DNA of 64,000 nucleotides, taken from Eledone cirrhosa (Eukaryota). Shown piece by piece: positions 26,830 to 40,075 of the stretch. The position numbers were made by a program, and so were the translations under genes. The notes below the pieces were generated by a model that did not search any database, had not been told where the DNA came from, and was given only the letters and a program-made list of their open reading frames with translations. Numbering within the stretch: position 1 is the stretch's first letter; every line of letters starts with the position of its first letter. The stretch covers positions 55,800,001 to 55,864,000 of the forward strand of contig OZ024742.1 of the NCBI GenBank assembly GCA_964016885.1. The letters are read 5' to 3'.

Positions 26830-28069
26830 TGTGAAAATTCTTAGCCATTTGAATTCGTTTCTGGCGGGGATCATTTAAGAAAAATCTTTGTCCAATTGAG
26901 TTTCTTTTTCTGATGATTTCGAAAAAGCGAATGAAACCTCAGGGGGTAGAAACATGTTTTTTGTATGTTTATGTACATTTTTTTCTTCTAACTTTGATTT
27001 TGTACCTAATTGTGTATGGTTAACTATATGTCTAGTCGATTTCTACGGGCTATTAGAAATACTGGGTAAATCTTCTGTGGCTGTGGATCGCAGATAAAAT
27101 AGCTATCATTTATTTATCTATTGTTTCTTCATAAGTACATTTTAAACTTATATCCTCGTTTTATTGATTTTTTTGTGTGGTTGATTATGCTGAAGAAATA
27201 CTGTATATATTTTATCAAATGATTCTATCGACTTACTTTCTTATATATTGCTCTGATTGTTGATTATTTAATTAATTAATTCGTCATTGAGCCACACTGT
27301 GAATGGTTGCCAAAAACACATATATGTTTATCTATGGCTCTATCTAGTTTATATATATATACATCTCTATATTTTATATACTCCCGTAAATTTGAGTAAC
27401 ACTTTAGGCAGTAATCAGCTGCGCTTTCTAGCAACCAGCATACTCGCCATCAGGCACCAATCACAAGCTTTCTGACTTGACCACTGTCCATGTGACAATT
27501 CTTAACCATTTTGAATTCGTTTCTGGCGGGGATCATTTACGAAAAATCTTTGTCCAGTTGAGTTGGTTTCCTGATGATTTCGTAACTCGTTGCTTTATCC
27601 ATGATCGGATATTTCCAAAAAGCGAATAAAACCTCCGGGGGTAGAAACATGTTTTTGATATGTTTATGTACATTTTTTCTTCTAACTTTGATTTTGTACA
27701 TTATTGTGTATGGTTAACTATATGCTTAGCCGATTTCTACGGCTATTAGGAATACTGGGAAAATCTTCTGTGGCTGTGGATCGCGGATAAAGTAGCTATC
27801 ATTTATTTATCTATTGTTTCTTCATAAGTACATTTTAAACTTGTAGCCTCGTTTAATTGATTTTTTGTGTGTTTGATTATGCTGATTGGCAGAAGAAATA
27901 CTGTATATATTTTATCAAATGATTCTATGGACTTTCTTTCTTATATATTGCTCTGATTGTTGATTATTTAATTAATTAATTCGTCATTGAGCCACACCGT
28001 GAATGGTTGCCAAAAACATATATATATATTTATCTATGGCCCTGTCTAGTTTATGTATATGTAAATCTC

Positions 28070-28075
<6 letters not shown>
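26830..28075. repeat. Head-to-tail tandem repeat, ~660 bp unit (family F)
   Basis: AATTCTTA.CCATTT...GAATTCGTTTCTGGCGGGGATCATTTA at about 26836 and 27497. Confidence 0.85.
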
Positions 28076-28163
<88 letters not shown>

Positions 28164-28190
28164 GGTTACACAACAGTTAGTTCACCTTAT

Positions 28191-28228
28191 CGAGAACAAT
28201 TGTTTCACCTTAGCGGATCCTCAGCTCG
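28191..28228 (-). ncRNA. Minimal type I hammerhead ribozyme (GUU site) inside palindrome 28162-28288
   Basis: Reverse complement: CGAG-CTGAGGA-TCC-GCTAA-GGT-GAAAC-AATT-GTT-CTCG. Confidence 0.8.
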
Positions 28229-28375
28229 AGGATACGCTAAGGTGAAACAATTGTTCTCGGTATGGTGAACTAACTGTTGTGTAACCACTTCTACCTAACT
28301 CGTCCCATGGACTGAGTGCTCTACCACTACGGATATTACCTTCCAGTGTTCCACCACTATATATATATAAGTGTG

Positions 28376-28409
<34 letters not shown>

Positions 28410-28411
<2 letters not shown>

Positions 28412-28542
28412 GAATTAGCCGTAGAAACGGCTTGAGCTCAGCTGTCGGGGTCTTACTGGTTCCTATTACCCACTCTACTACCTCAAGTATTGAGTACTTT
28501 GGTGCGTTATGGTCCACCTGGTTCCTTACCACATTTCCTTCG

Positions 28543-28545
<3 letters not shown>
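28410..28545 (+). repeat. Short pLTR-like family G
   Basis: CCTATTACCCACTCTACTA core; reverse copies at 29605-29742 and 55290-55410. Confidence 0.7.
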
Positions 28546-28574
<29 letters not shown>

Positions 28575-28592
28575 ATACTTTGGTCAGAAACG

Positions 28593-28724
<132 letters not shown>

Positions 28725-29342
28725 TAATCTCCCAAGTCTAGCAATTAACCAGTTAATTTCTTTTGATTTTTTTTAGTTAATTCTATTGACTGATTAATCG
28801 CTTAAGTTTATATTAAAAACTACTCGCTCGAGAGCTTAATTTGTTTTGTGCTATTTTTGCAAATTTGTGCAATGACTACACATACTGAATTCTTTTGCCA
28901 AAACTAGGGGTTTTCTCCCCTTTGGAGGTCATATGTGCTTTCGAACACTGTGAGATCCTGGCGCATGCAGAACAAAATGCCTGTTGAGAAAGTGATATCC
29001 TTGTTCGATCATTATACCAAAAGCTTATTATTTTTTATAAGCAGACAGTATTATTGATTTAGGTGTCGCAGAAACACTATATCGGATTTTACCATCATTC
29101 CCCGGGGTCCGGGAAATATTTCAATCATATCTTATGTTGTTTGACCCGCTCAGCTTGCTCGCATTTTTGGCTTAGGTGGTTAATGGCTTCTTAACCATCG
29201 TCTCAGATTTGTATGGCCTTTTTAACTTATGTTTACAGCTCTGGTATCTTCATATACATTGAGCGCTTGCCAACACAATTCGGAAGTTGCGTTTCGCTAA
29301 TTTCTACGCGCCGAAATGCGATTCCCGCTAAATTTATATTTG

Positions 29343-29376
<34 letters not shown>

Positions 29377-29382
29377 GTGTGT

Positions 29383-29556
<174 letters not shown>

Positions 29557-29908
29557 TTACCCCCGATTGAACCCGGAATAACTTATATATATATATATAT
29601 ATATAACGAAAGAGTTGTGGTTAAGGACGAAATGGACCATAACACACCACAGTACTCAATACTTAGGGTAGTAGAGTGGGTAATAGGAGAAAGTATGACT
29701 CCGACGACAGAGCTCAAGCCGTTTCGACGGCTATTTCTGGACTAAAGTAAGAGTTTTTTAGTCTGGTAAATAAATAGCCGTTCTTTTCAAGGGGTACTTC
29801 CTTATATGGGAAGATTGTAGTTGTCAAGAGGTTTGATCAACATTTGTAGCAGACACAGAAAAGTCTATCATGGTAGTGGGTGCAGGGTGGGGTTGGTTGA
29901 ACTTGCTT

Positions 29909-30607
29909 GTAAACGATAGGGGAGTGGGTAGAGCCGGTCAAGCGTTGAAGGTGAAATCTACACGGCAAATTCGAAGGAATGTGTATGAAAGTAGGCCAGG
30001 GGAGGTTGCCTTTTTTCTTTTCCTCTATGTTTTCTTCTTCACTTTGTCGCCTCCTATCACTTCTTTCCACCACCGAACTTCTTTCTCGTTCGTTTCTTTG
30101 TATCTTTCCTCTTTCGCCTACCTCGAGGCAGCCCATCGGGCCTCTTTAGCCTCAGTATCCCCACCCCAGTAACTTACAGATAGCATTCGCCGATTCCGCT
30201 ATACTAAATATTCATAGCATCTGTATTAGGCCCCAGAGTTGTGGTATTAATTTTTAATACCCAATTCTAATTTCTCAATAATTCTCATCTAGCAACTCAT
30301 TCTATAGCATTGGCCGAAAAAGCAGCACCAACTAAATATAGCAGCTGTTTTATTTCACTTCTCACTTTCCAATCTTACATTCTGATATATCTCTCTCATT
30401 TTTTATTATATTTTTTTTTATTATATTTTTTCATTGTCCCCAAATCTCATTAGATTTACTATTTCTATAACGTCTCTCCTCCATTTTCTAAAGAAACTTT
30501 TTTTCGCCAACCTCCTCTGGCCTACTTTCATACACATTCCTTAGAATTTGCCGTGTAGATTTCACCTTCAACGCTTGACCGGCTCTACCCACTCCCCTAT
30601 CGTTTAC
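29909..30607. repeat. ~100 bp inverted repeat pair
   Basis: 29909-30010 is the reverse complement of about 30505-30607. Confidence 0.75.
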
Positions 30608-30609
30608 AG

Positions 30610-31955
30610 GTATCCAGCCTTCTACTAACTGCTCCCAGTGCGCCAACCACAATCGATACCACTTATACGTGTGTAATTCTCCACAGTTTCCTGCTTTCTG
30701 TCTTTAGCTCCTGGGATTTCTCAAATTTCTCAATTTCCTTTTCATTCACCCTGTGGTCCCACGGTGAATCAATATCTACAATGCATGCCTTGTTATTCTT
30801 ATTTTCTACAACAATATCATGCTTTCTAGCCACGATAAAATGGTCGCACTGGATGGTCATGTCCCACAAGAACTTACACTGTTTATTTTCAGCCCCCCTT
30901 TCCGGTTGGTGTTCATACTTCTGCTCATGTCTTGCTTATGACAGATCTTCCAATGACCCTCTCCGGCAGTATTGTGCCTTCTCACGTACTCTTTCTGAGC
31001 AAGCATCTAGCTTTCACTAATAATATCTTTTTTTGTCTCACCTTTCTCACCACAGAGCCTAGAAAATGGGGAACGCATTGACGTGTCAATAGAGAACTTA
31101 ATATAATTCGTTCTCAGTGCCTGTTCCTTAGCTGCAGAAATAAGGACCTCAGTTTCAACTTTTGAGTCTATTCCCAGTTCCTATCTTTGTCACCTGTCTC
31201 AAGCATTTCACGTACGAATTGATCATACATTTCTCTTCCGTATATGTAATGTGTCATTCTGCCTATCTTGTTTAAATTCTCTCGTTTCCTTTGCTTCGTC
31301 CCTATTTAGGATCTTTAATTTTCTTATTCCAGTCATCAATCTCTCTTTTGATTTTTTTACATAGCATGCCAGATTATTTTTCTCTGTCTTCACAAACATT
31401 TCACAGCTAATGAGACCTCATCCGCCTCTTTGTGATAATACATACAGCTTGTATACGTTACCTTTGGAGAGTAGAGCCCTTTGTGGTATTATCATTTTCC
31501 TGGTTTTTCTATAAGCTCCTTAAGTTCATCACATCACCACTCTATCACACCAGCGCTATACCTTAGCACTGCAACAGCCTGGGTGCTGATAGCCAGTATC
31601 TTATTACTACCGCTTAACTTCGTCTTTAACACAAACTTCAGTCTCCGCTTATATTCATTTGATAATAGTTCTTTCAATTACTTCTCTTTCATTTGTTTTG
31701 TTTCCGGGGTGCCTAAGTACTTATACCCGTTGGCATCAATTTCTTTCATAACTTGTCCATCTAGTAATTTAATTCCTTGTATCTTATTATTTCTACTTCG
31801 CTTCAATAGTAGCACCCCACACTTTTTATGCCAATTCCCATTCTTATGTCTGTACTGAATGTATGAGCTATCTGTACAAGGGAATTACCATGTTCATAGG
31901 ATTTCCTTAAGTTTTATGTCATCCATGAACATCAGGTGTTTTATCTTAAACCCGC
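30610..31955 (-). mobile_element. Decayed R4/Dong-like non-LTR element (RT C-terminus, CCHC, restriction-like endonuclease)
   Basis: HLMFMDDIKL, GYKYLG, RLCGEKGET, WDMTIQCDH..ARKHDIVV...IVDI.SPWD...KE.EK, IVVGALGA. Confidence 0.8.
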
Positions 31956-31974
31956 ATTCTACCCACTCGTAACC

Positions 31975-32510
31975 AGCCTTTGACCTTCTAAACACAAATG
32001 AAAGTGGAACCATACACAGTACAAACAGCAAACATTAAAGACTGTCTCCTTCAATGTTTGTCTATAAAATTGAGACGGCCAGAAGTAGCACCTCGAAAAT
32101 GGGTGCCAAAATATACTGAAAGGCATTATGCCCGATATAGAGCATATAGCCAGAGCTAAGCAATACACGACCATTTCAGTGCTCTTCCAAAATAAACAGT
32201 TGGCCGTCAAATACTATGTGGGCTCCATTCGCACAGGCCAATACGTGCAATACCCTTCGAACCAAGGAAGAAGGACCGTAAAGGTCAGAATCGGTAGTAT
32301 GCCACCAGAACTGAACGTCTGGTGTCCTAGCTTGTTTGGCGCGAGAGGGTAACGGCTCTCCCTTAGAAGTAAAACGCACCCGGATACAACACTGCTCAGA
32401 GTTAAGTTTTGAGATTCTTTTACATATCAAACCAGAAAAGATGCAAAACAACCCCGACCTCATTTACCTACCAGATGACGCGGTGCTAAATGTAGATATT
32501 GAGGGTAAAA
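31975..32510 (+). mobile_element. Possible ORF1/gag-like fragment of another retroelement
   Basis: Protein-like frames (RRTVKVRIGSMPPEL) opposite in sense to the flanking LINE; family not established. Confidence 0.3.
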
Positions 32511-32549
32511 AGTCCCGTTTGTCTTTATCACCTGGTCTTGTGATGTCAT

Positions 32550-33870
32550 AATCCAACCCTCTTTTTTCCTTCTGCAGATATCCTCTTTGTAACATTGTTC
32601 ACGTGTCTTTATTATTTCTGACATCTCTTGAGTTCTGTTCATAGGCTAAGTGGAATGATTTTGCATCAAATTCGACCTTCTGTTCACTGGCTATTTCGGC
32701 TTTTTTTTTCCTTTGACTCACACTTTCCATTTGATATCCTTTCCTTTAAGTGTTAATTTCACAACTGCTTTTGATTTTTCCAAGCTTACTGTCAACTGAA
32801 AATAACTTCTCGTTGCTGATTAGTGCTTTTCCGCCTTTTAGTAAATAAACATCAACCTGTTTGCGCAAACTTCGATATATATTCAACATCTTATTGTAGA
32901 CCGAGCTCTGCAATTCATTGCCGTTATTATATTTCTAGCATTAAGCTGCAATCCCAGCATAAGCATGAGACTTCCGAAATATTCTTATGTGACTTTTCCT
33001 ATCATTTCCTTTTTCCATACTAATTCTCTTATTGTTTTGACCAGTGAATCTATCCCGTTCATGTTTTATTTTCCACATAACATGAGGACATCCATGAATA
33101 ATAGATGATTCAAGTTGAATCTTCCTCTCCTTAATGAATACCAACCTTCCACTTTCATGAGGACTATAGATAGAGGTAACTTTGCTACCATGAACAGGAA
33201 AGGTGATAAGCAATTTTGGTCATTCATCTTAGCACATTTTTATTTGCTATAATTTTATTCAACTCTTCCTTAATCTAATCATCGACAATGCTACAGCTCT
33301 TTATCCTATACCCGGGCACTCCCTCAGGCACACTTGCTTTCCGTTTTCGTAATTATTTCATCCGTTTCATCTATCTTGCTGCCTTATTTATTATAACTAC
33401 CGTTTCACTCCTAGCAGCTACTCGATATTCCTGTTATGTTTAACAACCTTGTCCCATATAACTCCCCCAAATCTCTGCATCCGATTTTACAGCATTGCAC
33501 ACACCACCCACCCAATTTCTCATAAATCATTTTTTTCTGATTTGATTAGAACATCCTATTTTGGATGTATTACTTCGTAAATTGTTTATATTTTCTGATT
33601 TTTGCAGTTAATTCTTTCAATCGTTGTTTTAATTCTTCTATAACTGTTGGTAATCAATTACTTTTGACAATTTAATTTTCTTCCACTCTTCCACTTTTCT
33701 CATGTCATATATTTTTTTCGATGTGCCTTTTCCTCCATGATTCTTTCGCTTTTTTATTCCTAGGATATCTGATACCACATTTCCACCTGCTAAGAGCAGT
33801 ATGTTAGTTTCTCCAATACTAGCTGCATTCACCTTCGTTCGATCGAATCGTTTCAGTTCCACTGGCTTAA
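32550..33870 (-). mobile_element. Further R4/Dong-like remnant
   Basis: CLSPFLFMV, LLFMDVLM and upstream ETNILLLAG segments; heavily deleted. Confidence 0.5.
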
Positions 33871-34745
33871 ATGTTTCCTCATTTCTTAAGGTACAGAGAT
33901 ACACCACCTACCTTCATCCCGCGTGGCTATCCCGCTATCCGAGTGGTTATCCTGCGCCAGACCTGAAGTTAGTATTTCAAACCATCATAGTAGTTATTGT
34001 TATCATCATCATAATCATCATCATCATGTCATCATCACCATCATCATCATCATAATTAATGCTACTATTGTTGATAGGTGTTATCGTTATTAATGGCATG
34101 AATCTCATTGTGAAACTATTAATCATCAGGTTCAACATCAATAATGTATTTCTCTGCATCAGCAATTGAATTAAGAAACTACGTTTTCTATTCAAACATT
34201 TCTTTCTAAAATATTACAAAAGCGACAAGCAGATTTGTGATATTAGTTTAATCAATTCTGCCAGAGCTGTCTGATATCTGATGCTTCACGCGCCACAACT
34301 GATATTTCTAATTAGCCATTATCATTAACCCCCTGAGTATTCAAATTTGTAATGTGATACTAAGCGATTAAAGAATAAAACGCATTAACTTATTCGGTCG
34401 TATTATTTTGTAAATCTACGTTAAATGCCACATGATCATGGTTTGTGTAATAAAATGTTGTCACTTGAGATTCAATAACAGAGCTAATAATAAATGATTA
34501 ATTTGTTTTTTATCGATATCAATACATATATACAAAGTATGTTGATATAGTAGAAATAATTGACTATGGTTTCGCAATACGACACATTTTAAAGATAACA
34601 GAGATATGTGGAAGGACAAGTGGGCCTGGTAATTCATAGAATTATGTACCAAATATACGTTAGATGTTCATTTACTGATTTGGCATAGTTCATACAAAAC
34701 ACAATACCCTCAAAACATATGATATAAAGCTATAAAAGTAATTCA

Positions 34746-34821
<76 letters not shown>

Positions 34822-35105
34822 TTGTAATAAAACGAAAACGAAATTTCATTTCTCACTCTTAGTATGGCACTTACTTAAATGTAAGTATTATGTATACGTA
34901 CATACATATATGTATACAGACGTACAGTAGCATGCATATATATATATATATATACAGGTACACATACATATATGTACGTATCAGTTTAGCGGACGCTTAT
35001 TATAGCGCCCGCTTTGTTCGTTTGTAAACAAACTGAACAGCCTGAATTTATGCCGCACGGTGTTAAGGCAACCACGTCACCTTTTTGTTCAACACTGACA
35101 CAGGA

Positions 35106-35148
35106 ACGATGTACTAGTTTCAAGCTTGTTAGCTATCATCAGCACCGT
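35106..35148 (-). ncRNA. Minimal hammerhead ribozyme (family B)
   Basis: Reverse complement of the motif at 35815-35857. Confidence 0.85.
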
Positions 35149-35508
35149 ATACCCATCTGCCACATAGTTGAACGTTCGAAAGTATATACTTTCCTTATGA
35201 AAATTAACGGCTGAGCAGCCTAATTTGCATATCGAGTGAGTTAAATCGGTCAGGCGCACCGAAAACGATGAGTTGTAATAAAACGAACACGAAATTTCAT
35301 TTCTCACTCTTAGTACGGCACTTACTTAAATGTAAGTATGTATGTATACGTACATACATATATGTATACAGACGTACAGTAGGTGACGTGGTTGCCTTAA
35401 CACCGTGCGGCATAAATTCAGGCTGTTCAGTTTGTTTACAAACGAACAAAGCGGGCGCTATAATAAGCGTCCGCTAAACTGATACGTACATATATGTATG
35501 TGTACCTG

Positions 35509-35581
<73 letters not shown>

Positions 35582-35814
35582 TACTGTACGTCTGTATACA
35601 TATATGTATGTACGTATACATATATACTTACATTTAAGTAAGTGCCGTACTAAGAGTGAGAAATGAAATTTCGTTTTCGTTTTATTACAACTCATCGTTT
35701 TCGGTGCGCCTGACCGATTTAACTCACTCGATATGCAAATTAGGCTGCTCAGCCGTTAATTTTCATAAGGAAATTATATACTTTCGAACGTTCAACTATG
35801 TGGCAGATGGGTAT

Positions 35815-35857
35815 ACGGTGCTGATGATAGCTAACAAGCTTGAAACTAGTACATCGT
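35815..35857 (+). ncRNA. Minimal hammerhead ribozyme (family B, GUA site)
   Basis: ACGGTG-CTGATGA-T-AGCT-AACA-AGCT-T-GAAAC-TA-GTA-CATCGT. Confidence 0.88.
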
Positions 35858-36008
35858 TCCTGTGTCAGTGTTGAACAAAAAGGTGACGTGGTTGCCTTAA
35901 CACCGTGCGGCATAAATTCAGGCTGTTCAGTTTGTTTACAAACGAACAAAGCGGGCGCTATAATAAGCGTCCGCTAAACTGATACGTACATATATGTATG
36001 TGTACCTG

Positions 36009-36076
<68 letters not shown>

Positions 36077-36233
36077 TGCTACTGTACGTCTGTATACATA
36101 TATGTATGTACGTATACATACATACTTACATATATATATATATAGAGAGAAAAATACTGCAGGTAGCGCATGGTTAACATGTAATAAAATGAGTCCCTCA
36201 TCAGTGATTTGCCGACGATCATAGATATTTCAT

Positions 36234-36284
<51 letters not shown>

Positions 36285-37326
36285 AAAGGATAACAAGGAC
36301 GATTGATAACTCCTTCATTGCATTTATTGATAGGTGATGCGCGTTTAGCCACTGTTCCGCTCAAGGTTCGATCTGTATCGATCCTACCCGACTCAATAAT
36401 CGGTGGCTCGAGGGACCCTTTTAAAATGCTATAAGAAAATGTAATACATGCTATGTGGTAAAGTCAGAGTTTCAAGAGTTGACAAAATGAGTTGTTTTGA
36501 TTGGTGGGAAGGATGAAGGGGATGTACTGGCTTGTAGTGTATGTGGGGGTGGATGTGGTGGTGAGATGTTGGTGACGGTCGGTGGATGTGATGGGGTGTG
36601 GTGTGGTGGTGGCGGGTTGGCCTTGGCCTGTAGTGCATGTAGGGGTGGATGTGATGATAAGAAGGTGGTTATGGTCGCTTACTAGGATGGGCTGTCGTGT
36701 GAGGTTAGTGGGTTGTCGGTAGACGGGTTGGAGTGTGAGGGGGTGTGGTTGTGGTGTTGTTGTTTATGGTAGTGGCGCTTGTGGTGGTGTGGTGGATGTG
36801 TTGGTGGTGTTGAGTCCTTGCGGAGATACATAGCTAGACGCTCTTCGTCTGACAAATACGTTGTATATATGTATACACACACATATATGTATACATGTGC
36901 ATATATATTGATGTATATTCACACACGAACACACCCACACACCCTAGCCCACACATATCCACACACACACCTACACAACTATATGCATATATACACACAT
37001 GTATGTGCATGCGCGCATGCGAGCACATATAGGGAGAGTGGGGGAGTATCGGTGGGGGTCGCGTAGGACAAAGATGGAGGGAAGGTGAGAGGCAATGGAG
37101 AAGGTGTTATACATATATACATACCCATACATACTCGCATACACACATACGGATATGCGCACATACACGCACCCACACGTATACATAAACATACACATAC
37201 ACACACACACACACGTATACATACACATATATATACACATACACGCACACACACATACACATACATGCACATATACGCACACATATACACATACATATAG
37301 ATTCATCTACATGCACATATATCTAT

Positions 37327-37622
37327 CTAAGGCGGGTAAAATTCCCGAGATCCATGGACGAGTTCTCTCCAGTGGTCTCTGTCCCTCATTATCGCTGCCA
37401 TGTCCTGCGTCTCCAACAGACCAGTGTATGTGCTTAGGGCATCAACATACGTTAACCTTGGTCTTCCTCTTCTAGTGTGTCCATGTAGCGGCTCCCAAAG
37501 GAGCACTGAGTGCAATGTCAACTCTGGATGTCGGTGAGCATGTCCAGCTAACCTCAGTCTCCTCTGTGTCACTTTTGAGCTGACTTTTGGGATGCTCCCA
37601 TACAGCTCTGAGTTGTTCACCT
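37327..37622 (-). mobile_element. RTE-clade LINE 3' end fragment
   Basis: RRLRLAGHAHRH...WEPLHGHTRRGRPRLTYVD...RDRDHWRELV. Confidence 0.85.
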
Positions 37623-37669
37623 CAGTGTATACTTATTAATGAAATATGGAGAGTCGATCTAACATGCAC

Positions 37670-37708
<39 letters not shown>

Positions 37709-38277
37709 CACACATATACATTATGTGCATACACGCACGCATATTTATACGCCCGTATACGTAAAAAATACTTACACACAGACACACACACTTGCGTTGG
37801 TTCGGGAAGGGAAGTATGTGTTGGCGGTGTTGATGAAGTATGGAGTTGTGTCTAATAGTGTGATGGGTTACAGGTTCAAATGTGACATAGGTAACGAGGG
37901 GGAAAAGAGTTCATAGACGTATGGCGATGTGTGTTATGGTCATGCATGCTGGTGGGGTGGTGCTGGAGTGATATGATCGACAAAATGATTACATGATTAG
38001 AAGTTACGGTGTGTTACAGGGTAAGGCAGACCGGGGGGGGGGGGTATAATAAATCCATCTGGGAGTGAGGGATGATATGTGTTGATGATGTTAATGATGT
38101 TAATGATTGTTGAATATATATATATATAAATATATATATAAATAGAAGTTGTATTTAATTTGTTGGAAGTCCGACAAACATAAACGTTTATAACTGATTT
38201 AGAGCACTCAACAGTTTACTGGAGTAAATATTCAATGATATTAAATAAATGGAAACTATATTTATAAAACCATATTT

Positions 38278-38340
38278 ATTTTATTATATATATTTCAAGG
38301 GTAACCAAGACAACATTGGTACGCTTTCATCAGATAAAAT
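38278..38340 (-). ncRNA. Type I hammerhead ribozyme, intact (family E, AUA site)
   Basis: Reverse complement: ATTTTAT-CTGATGA-AAGCGTACCAA...TTGGTTACCCTT-GAAA-TATATA-TA-ATAAAAT; the mirror copy 41464-41527 has GAAT. Confidence 0.8.
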
Positions 38341-38958
38341 ACAAATTGTGTTTTATATATAGAGACGTACCCATGAAAATCATACCTTATTGGTTGGAAA
38401 TTCACTAGGTAGTAGAAATATATTAAGGATTATTCAAACTTATGTGTGAATATGCAAATGAATATGTAAATAATTGAAAAACAACCGTTTATTTAAATGA
38501 CACTGGAGAAAGATAGAGAAGAAAGAGAAAGAGAAAAAAAATATTAATATTACGAGAGAGATAGAGAGAAGAAATTAACAAGAGGATGAATAGAACTCAT
38601 GTAAGGTTAATATGGGGGAATAACTTTTCAGTATATATCTACTAATTGTACGTACATTTACGATTATTTAGTTGTTAAAATTCTTTTTAATATAATATTT
38701 ACTCTTATAAGTAGATAGAAAAATAAATAGATATATATAGAAAAATAAATATATATAAAATTAGATAGAAAAATATATGGAAAAATAAATAGATAGAAAA
38801 ATAGATAGATAGAAAAATAAATACAAAAATAAAAATAAATCAAGAAATAAATAAATAGATAAATAGATAGATAAATGGATAGATGGGTATATCGTGTTAT
38901 ATATAATTGTTTTAATGAGTTATGAGGGATATTTGTTTATATTTAATGTAAGTAATTA

Positions 38959-40075
38959 AAAACAAATAACGAAACGAAATTAAATTTCGTTTCGTTTGTA
39001 ACTCACTTTTGTATGACTGACGCTTAAACAATTAAGTTAAAAATGTACATCCACATATGTATACTGAAATACTAGTATGCATATGAATACACACACGTAT
39101 ACATATGTAGATGTACCAAGTCTTTCACTGGTCACTTTACTGTGAGTGGCCAGCTATTCTGTATGTAAACACACAGACAAACCGGTTTTTAGAGTCATAC
39201 TGGTTTTTGAGGAAACACCTTTCCTCTATTCTCCAGAAAGCCAGACAAGGAATATTGAACTAGTTTTGTTGTTGTTACAACTCATCAGCAATATTTACCT
39301 ATCTACCGGCCTTTCTGGAGAATCGTAAAAGCAGATATCGTTATATGCTTTTTCTATGAAAATTAGTTGTGGGCAGACTAATTTGCATAGAGTGTGAGTA
39401 CGTACCGGTTCAACGGAGACGATAAAAACAAATAACGAAACGAAATTAAATTTCGTTTCGTTTGTAACTCACTTTTGTATGACTGACGCTTAAACAATTA
39501 AGTTAAAAATGTACATCCACATATGTATACTGAAATACTAGTATGCATATGAATACACACACGTATACATATGGATGTACATGTGGATGTACATTTTTAA
39601 CTTAATTGTTTAAGCGTCAGTCATACAAAAGTGAGTTACAAACGAAACGAAATTTAATTTCGTTTCGTTATTTGTTTTTATCGTCTCCGTTGAACCGGTA
39701 CGTACTCACACTCTATGCAAATTAGTCTGCCCACTACTAATTTTCATAGAAAAAGCATATAACGATATGTGCTTTTACGATTCTCCAGAAAGGCCGGTAG
39801 ATAGGTAAATATTGCTGATGAGTTGTAACAACAACGAAACTAGTTCAATATTCCTTGTCTGGCTTTCTGGAGAATAGAGGAAAGGTGTTTCCTCAAAAAC
39901 CAGTATGACTCTAAAAACCGGTTTGTCTGTGTGTTTACATACAGAATAGCTGGCCACTCACAGTAAAGTGACCAGTGAAAGACTTGGTACATCTACATAT
40001 TTATACGTGTGTGTATTCATATGCATACTAGTATTTCAGTATACATATGTGGATGTACATTTTTAACTTAATTGT
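38959..40075. repeat. Retrozyme-like family A: ~465 bp unit, partial tandem and inverted
   Basis: AAAACAAATAACGAAACGAAATTAAATTTCGTTTCGT at about 38959 and 39424; flips at about 39575. Confidence 0.9.
39808..39852 (+). ncRNA. Minimal hammerhead ribozyme (family A, GUU site)
   Basis: AATATTG-CTGATGA-GTTGT-AACA-ACAAC-GAAAC-TA-GTT-CAATATT; the mirror copy 39251-39295 has AAAAC. Confidence 0.9.

Larger units (their letters stand above)
34821..36130. repeat. Retrozyme-like family B: ~450 bp units, partial tandem then inverted partial tandem
   Basis: GTTGTAATAAAACG at 34821 and 35272; orientation flips at about 35381; AGGTGACGTGGTTGCC at 35381 and 35881; (TA)n flanks. Confidence 0.9.

Noticed and set aside
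28900-29000. GSHSVRK tyrosine-recombinase-like motif on the minus strand
   Set aside because: A single short motif with no supporting frame.
39146-39957. Two near-identical 60 aa ORFs on opposite strands (also 35014/35749)
   Set aside because: A by-product of inverted repeat copies; they overlap the hammerhead antisense and show no protein motif.
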